A DNA stretch of 64,000 nucleotides. Origin: Ginglymostoma cirratum (lineage: Eukaryota). This document shows positions 24,969 to 38,627 of the stretch, one piece after another. The notes beneath the pieces are model-generated. The model was not told where the DNA came from, ran no database searches, and saw only the letters and a program-made list of their open reading frames with translations. The DNA lies in NCBI GenBank assembly GCA_024137785.1, contig JAHRHZ010000080.1, forward strand, positions 21,262,504 to 21,326,503. The letters run 5' to 3'. Within the stretch, counting starts at the first letter, position 1, and each line of letters opens with the position of its first letter. A program made the translations under genes and the position numbers.

Positions 24969-26151
24969 AATAGTCCATAGTAGTTCAGATTGTATATTAA
25001 TGGAAATTTTATTTTTTCAGCAAATATGTGGCCAAATAATCTGAAATATGCAAAACTCAACCTATTCCCCATGTGGACTGAGTGTCATTGCATAGGAAAG
25101 ATGTCTTGACCTGGCTTACGCGTATCATACTTCTGTCATTTTCAAAGAACAAAAGCAGCCTGCATTTACTGCAAATTGGTTTGTAGTTAAGTGCTGTTGG
25201 TCAAAGAAACAGAGCAGCTGAACATATTTTCGGAGGATCTCCCTCTGTGCCTTAACATCCTGTTGAAGGCACATCCTGTGAACACTGGGTGTGTAATTGA
25301 AATAGGTTCTCTTCATTGTTGGGTGTGTGATGGTGACATATGGTCTAATTATAGCAACAAGAACAGTACTTGCTTGGACCATCCAGAAATGTCTAATAAC
25401 TTCCGGTTGGAAAGTATTCAGTTTAGATGGGTCAGAAATGCAACAACTTTTTCATTCCAAACACACTTTTTATGTACAAGTGGATCTTCCATAGAGTATT
25501 GTAAGTGGCTTGGTTTCATCACCTTTCTATATTTCTCATTCTATCTTCGCTGACTACATGATTTCTTGTCCCATTGTCAATCTAACAACTCTTTCTGTTC
25601 TTAATGTAGTCTATTCAAAAAAATTGCCTTTGTCCTCAACCTTTGTCCCTATTGAAGAAAAGTGAGAACCAAGGCAAAATGTTTACTAAACCCAGAAAAT
25701 TCACCAGTTGATAAAATTAAATGTTACGATGTGGATCCAGACAACCAAATAAAATGAGCCTCCCTTTCCCTACATTCTCAATACCATTAAAAAAAGAATA
25801 CTCACTGACCCTCAAAATCACCCCAACAGTTCCTAAACAATACCAGACTGTAACTAACCGAACCAGACATCAAGCTTATACCTTAAAATAATTAACAATT
25901 TACTGATAATACAATAATAGAACAAAGTAAAACAGGAAGGTAATCTAATTCAAGTTCAAGAAGGCAGCTCACTACCACCTTCTCAAGGGGCAACTAGGGA
26001 TGGGCAAGAAGTGCTGGCCAGCCAGTGATGCCCACATCCCACAAATGAATAGAATGAAGAATTAATATTTATGATTTAAACCTGATCTTCTTTGATTCTA
26101 ACTTTCACTCTCTCAGAAACTACAGACAAACAGACACAGTTAAGGGATAAA

Positions 26152-26776
26152 TGTGACAATGCTGTCACTTTAAGAGGTTTTTTTTGAAGAAAGGTTGTAT
26201 GCAGAGGTGACGAGCTAGCTACTGACCATCACTTGAGTAAACAGCTTGGGAAGCCTTGCGTTTTTTTTAATGCAGGCTGAATGGTTATGGCCAGCTGTCT
26301 CAGATTAGGATTTCTGGCTTTTTGGTTTTTTAGTGGCTTCAGGAGCTACTGGGGTCACAATAGAGTTGAAACCTTTAGTGACTATCTCCTGGCTGCTACT
26401 CCGTCTGAATTTTCCCTTGATGTGCTTTTTCCACCTGGATGCAAGAACTGCATATGAGAATCTGTGTCTGATTTTTCCTTTTTTTGCCAAGGGGTGTGTT
26501 TATGGGTTATTACTATCTTGGAACAGTTAAATACTAATAGTCACTGTATCTATTATTCCGTTAAGTTTTTTTCAGTAGAGTTGTTATTTTAAATTCCTCT
26601 TTCTTTGGTGTATTTTAACTAGAGTTTAAATAAATTGTTTTGCTTAATATTGAGAAGTTTGACCAGTCACATTGCATCTGGAACAGACACAGTACATTTT
26701 CCTTTAAAATAAGAAAAAGTTAGGGTCTAAGCTACTACCTTAAATATTTTGAGGGGGTCTGGTCTTGTCTATAACA
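26152..26776. mobile_element. Solo LTR (TG...CA) with 4-bp TSD TAAA
   Basis: Starts tgtgacaat, ends ctataaca; TAAA at 26148-26151 and 26777-26780; homologous to 42417-43068 and, inverted, 62263-62893. Confidence 0.75.
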
Positions 26777-29444
26777 TAAATCAAAAGAAAAATAAATGTA
26801 ATATAACTGGTCAGTTCACTTAAGTGGTCTCCACAATCCGGAATTTCACAGGCGCATGAGATTCATCTTGCTGGGTTCTGAAGACACTGGTCAACGCAGA
26901 CAGATCCAGTAGGTCCTGAGGAATCTTCACTTAATTCTCATAACTTTTCTGTGAACTTTCAATGAATTGAAACTTGGGCAGTAACTAGGGAGCAGTCATT
27001 ACCTCTTTCATATAACCACCATCCTTCTGACAAACAATACAGTTCAAAACCAGTTCAAACTTTGCTTTCTCTTTCTTAGGCTATTTGACACTGGTCTCCC
27101 TGTGAGGCCCCAGTTAATAATCCAGACATCTGCTATCTGTTTGAGCATAATGCATCTCTAGAACCAAAACATCTATTTAGTACTTTGGACAAGAGTCAAC
27201 CTGCAATTAACTTCCAGGTTTGGTCTCATAAACAAATAATTTCTTACAAAAACTGCTCACAGACCAAAGGTTATCTTCGGTTCTCAGCTCGCTGTTCACA
27301 GCTGCAAATCAAAAATGATGATAAAGAAAAATCATTGAGGATTTTAACAAATGCCAAAGTATGTGTGATTATGATTAGTCTTTTCTCAGTTAACATTCGA
27401 TCAATAACACAGCCGAAAAACCTAAAACTCAAAACATTGTATTGCTTGTGCTGCATTACTTGTTATCTAAAAGCTTCCCCAAATGACAATTGAATTGAAT
27501 TGAATAATTTCTAGACTGCTGACATTTTTGAGTCTGTGTAGAATCACTGGAGCCTAAATTCGAGTCGTTTCATATCTCTTTATTTTGAGATGACTGTATG
27601 TTTGTTATTAAATTTTGGCTTAGTTACTCTGAGGTATAGTACGGATTACAAAATTATGGGAACAATCCAAAGAATTTGTTTTAAAATTTTATTAAGATTG
27701 AATATTTGTAAATTGCAGTATCAAAGCTGATGTTTCCTTTTCCACACAGGATAATTTTGAAAGGACTTTTTGTTATGGATTGTGTCTTCTTAAAAATATT
27801 CATTTGCAAATACGTGCCGAGGGAAGGATTATGCATGAATTCTAACCATTTATTATGTTCGTGTTAGTGACACTGCTCTTTATACCTTCTCCATTATGCT
27901 GAGATTTGTAGAACTGGTGACTGAGATATGATTTGTCTATTTTCAATTCTGTGGTGTGGTGTGATGCTGTGGAGGGATACGTGCCCTTGGGCTCCGCATT
28001 ACCAGGCATCGGTTTGTCCTTGTGTTTATGATTTTGTTGGTGAAATGGGCTGTAAATGTTTGCTGAAATTTGACTGTTTTTAGAAAGTGGTGGTTATCTT
28101 AGTTTTGGCCTTGCAAGAGCTTGCTAATGCCCACACAGACGATCTATGATAGTGTTTGCTGCATTTCCTTTCATTGTCAGATGACGACTGCCTGAAATTC
28201 CTGTTCGTTTTTGTGTTCCTGTGTGGTATGATATGAAATTCCAATCTTTTTCCTGTAGCCCACCAGACTGTCAGCCAAATAGTCTTTTATTTATATATAT
28301 ATAACTTGGAAAATGTGTGTGCGCAAACGTTTATGATATGGAGCCATCATGGCTGATTTGATCTAAGAATCACGTATACACTCTTTTGATAAATGTAAAA
28401 CTCCACTCCCGAAAAAGACCACATGTGAGAACCCTTAAATCCAACCTGTCCACCTTCTAAGAGTGTTCAGCTACTGCCCAAGCTAAAATCATTTCATTTA
28501 AACCAGATTTTTGGATTTTCTTTTCTCTATGGCTCATTTGCATTTAACAGTGCATATGTGTCATGTGTGTGAAATGTTTCAGTTTTAATCACTAACTCTG
28601 GGAGTTTATGGTACTGCAACACGGTTTATCTTGCTGTATGTCCTAAATCTCTGACATTTAATCTTGCATCTCTGTTTCTTTATTCCAGAATGCTCTCCAA
28701 GTAAGCCTGTTTCTATTACTCTGCCCCTTATCTTTGTAATTTGAACAGTGTATTTGTTTATTTTGATTACTTTGCTAATTTAATAGTTCTCTTTTAAGAG
28801 ATGGCCAATGAGAATAGGTGCACTTTGTTTCTTTATTGGTGCTGTCGGTTCTATAAGCGCAAACAGAATTCTTTCCCTCCCCACGCATATAAACTAATAC
28901 ACTTTGACCAATTAAACTGGAAAACACATTTGACTGTCTGCTGAAAAATGCTCTGTTTGATCATTGCAATTAAGAATTAAATTATATTGTTGCCTCATAT
29001 TTCAAGATTGATTTTCTGTACTCACACCTTCAATTCAGTGAAAGGTGTTAAATTTTTATTCTGTGGTCATTGTTTATGCTGGCTGTTATATGGCACCACA
29101 CCAACAGTAGCCTTTATTCACTAATAAGCCCAGACAGTGAGTGCCAAACAGTAAAGGATATCACAGTAAAGCTGGATCTTATCATAAAGTCAGTTTGACT
29201 TCTCAGCTTCAATTTTGGGTTTTGAGAACTAGAATTCTAGTTCAGTTCTCTCTACCACCTGATATGTTGAGGTCTGAGAAACATCCAGTAATTCAAAACA
29301 GTATTTGAACCAGGATTTCTGGTTTCTAACTTGGTACTTTGTGGTCAGTGGTTTATACGTAGAATTAAGTAGGAATTACATCATGAAAAGAAGCTATTTG
29401 ATCCAATCAGCCCATATTGAAGTTTACTTTCCATGTGTAAAGAG

Positions 29445-30320
29445 TAGTCATAGATGCATACAGCGCAGAAACAGGTCCATTGGCCCAACTCGTCCGTGCT
29501 GACTGGGTTTCCTAGACTGAACTCGCCCCATTTTCCTATCTTTAGCCTATATCTCTCTCCACCCTTCCTTCCTTTTAATGTATTTGTCGAGATGCCTTTT
29601 AAATGTTGTAATTTTACCTGCCTCTATCACTTCCTCTGGCAGCTCATTCCATATATGCACCACCCTCTATGTGAAAAGGTTGCCCGCCAGGCTCCATTTT
29701 CCCTCTGCCCTTAAACCAATGTCCTCTAGTTTTGGACTCTCCTACCCTGGGGAAAAGACCTTAATTGTTCATCTTATCTATGCCCCCAATGGTTTTATAA
29801 ATCTGCATAAGGTCATCCCTCAGTCTCCTATGGTCCAGGGGAAAGATGTCCCAGCCAGTTCAGCCTCTCCTTATAAATTGAGCCTTCCACTCTCTGCAAC
29901 ATCCTTATAAATCTTTTATGCACCCTTTCCAGTTTAATATTTTTTTTTATAGCAGCACGACCAGAATTGTATGCATACTCCAAATGTGACCTCACTACTG
30001 TCTTGTACAGCTGTTGCATGACATCCCAACTCCTGTACTCAGTGTTCTGACTGGTGAAGACAAATATGCCAAGTGCTGCTTTTACCATCCTATCTACCTG
30101 TAATGCCACTTTCAATGAATTGTGTACGTGCACCCTTAGGTCTGACTGTTTGACATCTTCCCCGCTGCCCTCCCATACACTGTGCAAGTCCTGCCCTGGT
30201 TTATCTTACCGAAATGCAACACCTTGCATTCGTCTGAATTAAACTCCATCTGCCATTCTTTGGCCCACTGGCCCATTTGATCAAGATCCTGTTGTACTCT
30301 TAGATAACCTTTTCCACTTG
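29445..30320 (-). mobile_element. CR1 LINE 3' part
   Basis: QQDLDQMGQWAKEWQMEFNSDECKVLHFG; LYKTVVRSHLEYA. Confidence 0.9.
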
Positions 30321-31464
30321 TTATCGCGTACCTTTTAATTTTCCCTGACAATAACAGCTTCAATCATCATCAACTATAGGAGTGTGTTTGGAGCCTCTGA
30401 TCTTTCTGTGGAAGGAGGTTTATTCATGTTTCTAACCCAGGTCTGTAAATGTAAATTTTCTTTCTTCAGATTTGTATTTAAGACCTCTCATCAGAAAACA
30501 CTAATTCCATTCAATTTTATTAGTTTGATAACTTGAGATGGGTTTTTAAAAATATCACTGCACACTACCTTCCTTCATTCAAGGTATAATTACTTTTAAT
30601 TTTTTAAAACCAAACTGCTTCACCTCTCACTCGCTGATATTGAGTTTCATCTGCTACTATCTTATCCATCTGTTATCTTATCTGTTCTCCTGTAGTTTAC
30701 TTTGGTCCTCAGAATGATTTAGTCTGCCTCCTATTCTAATACTATCTATGAATTTGTACATCATTCTTTCCTATTTTCACTTGACCTATTGTTAGAACTC
30801 AATTAGTGATTGTTTACCTTTATCATAACTGTGTAGGAATTATCATGTTAAGATATCACATCAGTGTTCTTTTGGCAGAACGGGGGAGCAAAATTAAAAA
30901 GTAATGAGCTTTAAGCAAGTGTAGACACTGGGATAAGATAGAGCGAAAGAAAGAATATGATGTGAGAAGTCCATTGATTGCTTAAAATGTTTAACTATAA
31001 TGAGCACGATCACCTAATGTGAGAATAGTAGTTCCTCCAGTTGAAAAATACACACCTTATAGTTCTGTTGTCAGTTGAAATGGATCAAAAATCTTTTTGT
31101 GCTGTATTGTGGCTGGGCCTTGCCACTTTGAATTACTTACAGACGATTTGTAGTGTAGTTTTCTTAAACTAAGAAGTTTTTGACACTCCAAGTGGGTGTA
31201 GACCCGAAACGTCAGCCTTCCTGCTCCTCTGATGCTGCTTGGCCTGCTGTGTTCATCCAGCTCTACACCTTGTTATCTCACATTTATAGCAGTTCTCCTT
31301 TTTGGAATGCTACAATGTCTCCTCCATGCGCAAATTTTGTTTTAAGTAGTTATTTGGATTTGTGAGATCTAATGACTTCAAGACTGCACATTTGAACCTA
31401 AATATAATGTCCCATTACATCTCATTAAGACCTTTTATAACAATAACAAATTGAATTTCCATGG

Positions 31465-32664
31465 GATAAAAGGTACTGCAGATGCTGGAGAATCCGAGAT
31501 AACAAGCATGGGGCTGGATGAACACAGCAGGTCAAGCAGCATCATAGGAGCAGGAAAACTTGACGTTTCGGGCCTAAACCCTTCATCAGAAATGGGGGCG
31601 GGGATGGAGCCAGTAAAGGTGAGTGTAGGTAGGGGGGGTAGGGAGGAGATAGGTCAGTCCAGGGAGGACGGACAGGTCAAGGGGGCGGGATGATGTTAGT
31701 AGATAGGAGATGGGGGTGGGGCTTGAGGTGGGAGGAGGGGATAGGTAAGAGGAAAAACAGGTTAGGGAGGTGGAGATGAGCTGGGCTGGTTTTGGGATGC
31801 GGTTGAGGGAAGGGAGATTTTGAAGCTTGTGAAATCCACATTGATCCCATTGGGCTGCAGGGTTCCCAGGCTGAATATGATTTGCTGTTCCTGCAGCCTT
31901 CGGGTGGCATCACTGTGGCATTGCAGGAGGCCCAGGATGGACATGTCATCTGAGGAATGGGAGGGGGAGTTGAAATGGTTCGCGACTGGGAGCTGCAGTT
32001 GTTTGTTGCAAACTGAGCGCAGGTGTTCTGCAAAACGGTCCCCAAGCCTCCGCTTGGTTTCCCCGATGTAGAGGAAGCCACAATGGGTACAGCGGATGCA
32101 GTATACCACATTGGCAGATGTGCAGGTGAACATCTGCTTGATGTGGAAAGTCTTCTTGGGGCCGCTCCGCCCACTGCCAAAGCTGACACAACACCCACCG
32201 CCGACGTACCTCCACCCACCGCCGATGCCAACGCAACTCCGCCCACAGCTGACGCCGACAACGCTCTGCCCACTGCCTCCACAGTCAGCAGCTCCAGAGA
32301 AGACAGCAACACTGAGCCCTGCCGAGTCTTCACCATCCCCCCAGACCTCCCCCTTACTGAGGACGAACGGTCAGTCCTCAGTAAAGGGCTCCCCTTTGTC
32401 CCCCTCCACCCACATATCAACAAATACTGCTCACGCTTGGATATTGAGCAGTTTTTCCACCGCCTCCGCCTCCGCCTCCACACTTACTTTTTCAACCGTG
32501 AACCTAACCCTCCCTCTACTGACCCCTTCTCCCGCCTCCAACACAAGCCCTCCTCCTGGACACCACCCCAAGGCTTCCTACCCTCCCCCGACCTCTTCAT
32601 CTCCAACTGCTGTCGAGACATCAAGCGCCTCGACCTCTCTATCCCTCTCAAGCACTTGTTATCC
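31465..32664. mobile_element. Penelope-like element with internal inversion: 3' GIY-YIG/pLTR on - (31465-~32160), N-terminal ORF part on + (~32160-32650); 13-bp TSD
   Basis: Minus: FTCTSANVVYCIRCTHCGFLYIGETKRRLGDRFAEH. Plus: CRVFTIPPDLPLTEDERSVLSKGLPFVP. TSD tgaatttccatgg at 31452-31464 and 32665-32677. Confidence 0.9.
31556..31593 (-). ncRNA. Minimal type-I hammerhead ribozyme motif of the Penelope pLTR
   Basis: Minus strand auuu CUGAUGA a GGGU uuag GCCC GAAAC GUC aagu. Confidence 0.65.
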
Positions 32665-32769
32665 TGAATTTCCATGGTACATTTTACTGTATCATAATGT
32701 TGGTAGATGCTTCACAGGAGTAAATTTGACACCAAGCCACAGAAGGAGCTATATGGTCAGATGACAGGG

Positions 32770-33088
32770 TGACACTGTGCTTCAGCACCAGGTCCCAGGT
32801 TCGATTCCACCCTCGGGTGACTGTCTGTGTGTTCTCCCCATGTCTGTAAGGGTTTCCTCTAGGTTTTCAGGTTTCCTCCCACAGTCCAAAGATCTGCAAG
32901 TTAGGTTGACTGGCCATGCTAAATTGCCCCTAGTGTCCGGGGATGTGCAGGTTAGGTGGATTAGCCATTAGAAATGAAGGGTTACAGGGATCGGTTAGGG
33001 AGGGTGGGCCTGGGCAGGAAGCTTTTCGGAGGGTCGGTGTAGACTCATTGGGCTGAATGGCCATGATGCAGGATTCTGAGATTCTGTG
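32770..33088 (+). mobile_element. HE1-like V-SINE (5' degraded)
   Basis: B box ggttcgattcc; gtttcctcccacagtccaaagat V-domain. Confidence 0.8.
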
Positions 33089-33257
33089 ACAAAAAAGGAT
33101 TGCATCACACGAATTTAAGGGATGCCTTAAAGAGGGAAAGATAACTTTTAAGGAGGTGGAACCAGAGCTAATGTTCGAGGCAGTAGAAAACACTGCTGAT
33201 GGATTGATCAAAATCAGGGATGGATAAATGGTCAGAATTGGAGGAATGCAGATATCA

Positions 33258-33575
33258 ATAGTCAGAGACTTTTTCCCAGGGTGGAAATGACTGTTACGAG
33301 GGGGCATAATTTTAAGGTGATTGGAGGAAAGTATAGGGGATATGTCAGAGGTAGGTTTTTCACACAGAGTGGTGGGTGTGTGGAATGCGCTGCTGGCAGT
33401 GGTAGTGGAGTCAGATACTTTAGAGACTTTTAAGCAACTCTTGGATAGGCACATGGAGGATAGTAAAATGTAGGGTATGCAGGGTAGATTGATCTTAGTA
33501 GCATAATAGGTCGGCACAACATCGTAGACCAAAGGGCCTGTACTGTGCTATACTGTTCTATGTTCTGTGTTCTAT
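33258..33575 (+). mobile_element. CR1 LINE 3' end
   Basis: ttttcccagggtggaaatg...gtaggtttttcacacagagtggtg; tail (tgttcta)n. Confidence 0.8.
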
Positions 33576-36500
33576 CTTATGAGGGGTATAGGTTGGTGAA
33601 GCCCCTGATGGGGAGGAATGAGATGATGGACAGATTTGAAAATCTGAATGAGAATTTTGAGGTTGACACATCGGCTTATTTTAGAAAATAATTTTATTTT
33701 ACCGCTTACCCCTCCTCTTGAAGTTGTGTTGATTTCTATTTTTGTCATGGTCGGCAGTACTTCACCCAAAGGCTATTCTTCATGTGTGAGATTTGATAGC
33801 TGTCTATTGAATTGCACTGACGTCACAGTAGCCGAACTCCTGATACTTCATTCCTGCATCACCTATCTCCCAACTCTGCTTACCTTTCCTTGTCCACCTT
33901 TGTTCTCCTGTATGATTTGCCATGCCTGAAATAGTGTAATGGCTTAAGTCTGATTACCTGACTGGTACATTACCATTTTATTATTCTTTCTGTTTTAAAC
34001 TTGTGTGAGAAACTGAACCTGATTGTGACACATGCCTGGTGGTTGAGTTGAGTTTAACATCAGTTCTTCTATGTGACCACTTAGTTGTCATTCTGGTAGA
34101 ACTATTGTCACTCAGATCTCTAACCCAGCAAGGAATCAGTACTGAAGAGGGGAATGATAAATACCGGTGGGTAACTCCTGCTCTAGTTTAATGCAGGATG
34201 GCCAAAACTGTCAACCAGGGTTCTGAATTGTGATCAGTATTCCTAAAGGAAAGTTCACATATGTGAGAACTAGTGAGAACAGGATTAAACTTGATTGTGA
34301 TACCTGTTACAGTTGAATACCAGCCTTTCCTGCTTGTTGGAAGAATAATGACTGGGCAAGTTGGAAGTGGTGTCCATGGAATTATTTTCCAGATGAGTCA
34401 ATGCTTGGATAGGAGGTGAAAAATGGAGGGAGTGAAATTAGTTTAGGAAAAAAATCCCCCTCCTCTGATCTGGCTGAATTTTCTATTTCTGTCATTGCCT
34501 GAAATTATTCCTGGAGGATCACTTGACAACTGTCTAATAATTGATAATTATATAAACCTTGATTACTTGTTTTATTATTTTGTAACCTAGCAATCTTTGC
34601 AATGCCGTACAATACTCTTAAAATTATTCAGATCAGTGTTATGTGTCAAGAGAGTGTTCACTAATCCCATGAATTTGTGTCTGGGCTGTTTGCTGCTTTT
34701 TTCTATTTCAAGATTACATGTTGCTCAGTTTCAGCTTGCAATTTTGAATGAATTTTGTTTACTGGATTTTTAGATGTGATTGATTGATGGGAAAGTTGGA
34801 GCATCCATTTTGAGGAAAGAAAATCTGACACAGTTCAGCTCATAGTGCTGCATTTGCCCTTTGGTGACATGGCTTACAGGCCAAACTCCTGCAGTATTCC
34901 GGGAGAGAGAGAGAGATGTCTGTTGCTGAGCAGCCAGCAAGGGGAGGGGAATATTGCATCAAAAAAGCCTTTGTTTGTGAAAACTGTATGCTGCTTTGAA
35001 ACTACTGTACTGTAAATTGATCTATCACACTTGTGAACAAGACCTTTATAACTTAAATGAACTAAGATCTTTCTTACTGATACATTTACAAACCATGTGC
35101 AACTTTCTTTGCGCAATTATCTTTGTATGTGCAACATGAATAAGAAAGAGAAATTTTTTTCAAGCTTTGTTACGGTGCAGGCATCATAAATTGGATCTAG
35201 CTAGAAAAGGGTCTGTTGCCCTCTGTTGATAAGTGGAGACTAGTGTGTCCTTTCTTGGGTGGATTTTTTGATTGTTGACTTTGCTAATGTGTCTGACTAA
35301 TCCTGTTGTCGTTGCTTGATTGCATTTCGATATGTGGTTATATCCAATGTTATTTTTCTAAGCCTTGTGATAGTGTTGGCTGCACTTTGGAAGCAGAGCT
35401 GAGACCTGGCCATATAAGACCATACTACCCAAGGAGGAACTGATGATTGATGTGAGTTGATTGACCATCTCAGAAACAATTTGTGATGTTGCACAAATCT
35501 ATGTGGGCACGGTATCAGACAGTAGGCTAATGGCCCATGCTAAAGAATATCTTTCACTGATATGTAATGCAGATCCTTCTCTGGCCTGTGCATAGTTTAG
35601 TGTTTTCTTTTAAATAAGAGTAAGGATATGAAAGTTTAATTGCATCATTTAAACTAGAAGATTTGCATTGGACATTGCCTGAGTTGTGACCCACGTTGAT
35701 TGGCACAAGATTTGCCTATTCATTGAATGCAGCAACGTGAAATTTCCATTGCAATCTGACAGCTGGAAATAGGTTGACGACTGGATATAGTCCATAATAT
35801 GCCACTTAGACTCTGTTATTTGCATTGATTGAAAGTGGTTTAGGGCAGATGCAGTAAAAGAGAGTAAGGATATCGAAGTTTCAGCAGCCTTGGGGAAATT
35901 ATGCAGCCTTCACAGGCCAGCATAGTGATTTGTTTCATAAAATGTCATGGACTTGAAACACGAACTCTGTTTCTGTATCCATAGCTCCTACGTGCCATGA
36001 GTATTTCTGGCTTTTTCTTTTGTTATTTCAGATTTCCATCATTTGCTTTTCTGTTAGGGGCCTGTCAGGGAATAGTTTATCTTCTGTTATTTAAAATGTA
36101 GTGAGTTGATTATAAACGTGAAATTTTACAAATGTGTAATGTCCACTGTAAGTATGTGTAATTTCACAACCTTGGATGAGAGTGACTTGGAGGCTGGCAA
36201 TGTAACTCTTATCAGTTGATGCCGCGTCGCTCCGTAGAATTACAGGTGTGAAACACAGCTTGACAGATTTTTTCCTATGAGTGATGAAATATATAATTGA
36301 AATTTACATTAGATTTTCAAGAAATCTATTTGACAAATATGCCAAATGATGCTTTACAATTGTTGTGCTTTTTAAATTTGTTCATACGATGTGGGTCTGG
36401 AGCTACATATAGGCCAGACTTAGAACAGATTTACATCCCTAAAGCTCATTAGTGAGCCAGATGGATTTTTATGACAACTGGCAACGATTGCAATTAGGCT

Positions 36501-37304
36501 AGCCTTTAATTGCAGATTTCACTGAATTTAAATTTCATCATCTGCCATTGTCCGATTCAAACCCATTTCCCTAGAAGATTAGCCTGGGTTCTGGATTACC
36601 AGCCCAGTGACATGACCATTATGCACTGCCTCCCCAACTTAAGACCGTCCTCAGACAGATTTTGTGTGCATGATGTAGCCTGTTATTCCAGTGCTACACT
36701 ATCAGAGATGCTACATTGCAAATAAAACGTTCAAAACTCCATCTATCCTTTAAAGTGACACTGGTCAAAGAAGAAGGGGACAGACCAATAAGTATCCCTC
36801 CACGCATATCACTTTTAGCATAAAATTTATCTGGTCATTTGGACGTCAGGAGGATGTGCGTCGGAGGCAGAGAAGTTTTTCTAATTTGATAGCTAGAATG
36901 AACCGGTTGTTTTATGAGGAAAGTACAGACAGGATTGACTTTTTTCACAAATTTAGAAAAGTGAGAGGGTAACTTGATTGATGCAAGCTCCTGAATGTTT
37001 TTCAAGAGTTGGATGTAGAAAAGATGTTCATTCTTGTGAACAACTCTAGAAATAGTGGATGCTGTTTTAAAACTGGAGGTCATCCTTTGAGTACAGCGAT
37101 GAGGGTTTTTTTCCCCCTCTCGGAGGCTGATGTGACTCTGTATGTTCATTGTTCCATTGCTGTTTCTGGGACCTTGCTGTGCACAACTGGCTGCTGCTTT
37201 TATCCACAATGCAAGAAATTGTACTTTAATTGACAGTAAAAAGCTGTGTTTTTGTTCTTGGATTTTGAAATGCTGTATATAAATCTAAGTTCTTCCTGGG
37301 TTTA

Positions 37305-37670
37305 AGAACATAGGAGTAGGAGTAGCCATTTGGTCCCTTGCATCTGCTCTGCCATTTGATAAGATTATAATTGATTACGTTGTGGCCTTCACTCCACTTT
37401 CGTGTTGATCCTCCATTACTTTTGACTCCTTTGTCAGTAAGACAACTGTCCAATTCTGCCTTGAGTATGTTCAGTAGCCCAGCCTCCACTGCTGTCTGGA
37501 AGAGAATCCCCAACATTATAGACCCTCTACGAGAATAAATACATTCACATCCTTGACTTAAACACCTTTGTTTTGAAATTTGTGCCCCCTGTTCCAGATT
37601 CCCAAAGGAGGGAAACATCCTCTCGGTATCTACCCTGTCATGACCTCTCAGAATCTCATGTTACAATAAC
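37305..37670 (-). mobile_element. CR1 LINE 3' end
   Basis: taagaacataggagtaggagtagccatt tail; MFPSFGNLEQG-like C-terminus on minus strand. Confidence 0.7.
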
Positions 37671-37987
37671 TGAACAAGGATAGCAATAGTAGATCTATCC
37701 TTGATTATTTTTCTTTTATCTTATGCCGTCTTGCTGTTGCTTTCCCAGTACAAAAAATTGTGGTGTCTTCTAATTATTGAATCACTTGCCAGGCTCCTGG
37801 ACAAAAATCTTTATTTCAATTGTTGTGACCTTTTAGCAAGTTAAATTCTTGCAACAAAAACTGAATAATGTAGATATAAACCATTTGTTTATGTGGACTA
37901 TGAAGAGTTATGAGGATAAAATTATTAAACCTCTAAGGAAGCCTTGAGATTTTGATTTCTCTTGAAGACAACATGCAGTATGAATGA

Positions 37988-38627
37988 AAACCAAAAGAAC
38001 TGCGGATGCTGTAAATCAGGAACAAAAAAAAGTTGTTGGAAAAGCTCAGCAGGTCTGGCAGCATCTGTGGAGGAGAAAACAGAGTTACCGTTTCGGGTCT
38101 GGTGACCCTTCCTCAGAACTGATGGTGGCTGGGAAAACGTCAGTTTATATGCAGAAGATAGGGAGGTGGGTGGAGTAGGGAGTAAACGATAGGATAGAGC
38201 CCAAAGAGAGAGAAAGGCAGTTGGACAGACAAAGGAGTTGAGTTGGGAGAGTTTAGGCCCTAAAATTATTGAACTCAATATTGAGTCCCATGTCCCAGCC
38301 CCCCACCCCACACACCAGGCCTTGTTATCACATAGCCTGCCCCTACACACCCCCTCTTGTTAGTCATTAACAGTCCCCATTAACAACTATTCACCCTCCC
38401 AGCCTGATCGTTAGCAACTCCTTTGTCCAACTGTCTTTCTCTCTCTTTGGGCTCTATCTTATCGTTTACTCTCTACCCCACACCTTCCTATTTCTGCATA
38501 TAAACTGACGTTTTCCCAGCCACCATCAGTTCTGAGGAAGGGTCACCGGACCCGAAACGTTAACTCTGTTTTCTCTTCCACAGATGCTGCCAGACCGGCT
38601 GAGCTTTTCCAGCAACTTTGTTTTTGC
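37988..38627. mobile_element. Fold-back Penelope insertion, ~210-250 bp inverted arms, 13-bp TSD
   Basis: Arms ~38020-38240 and 38415-38626 are near-perfect reverse complements; TSD gcagtatgaatga at 37975-37987 and 38628-38640. Confidence 0.9.
38528..38565 (+). ncRNA. Minimal type-I hammerhead ribozyme motif
   Basis: AGUU CUGAGGA a GGGUC accg GACCC GAAAC GUU AACU: stem I AGUU/AACU, 5-bp stem II, palindromic AACGUU stem III. Confidence 0.7.
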
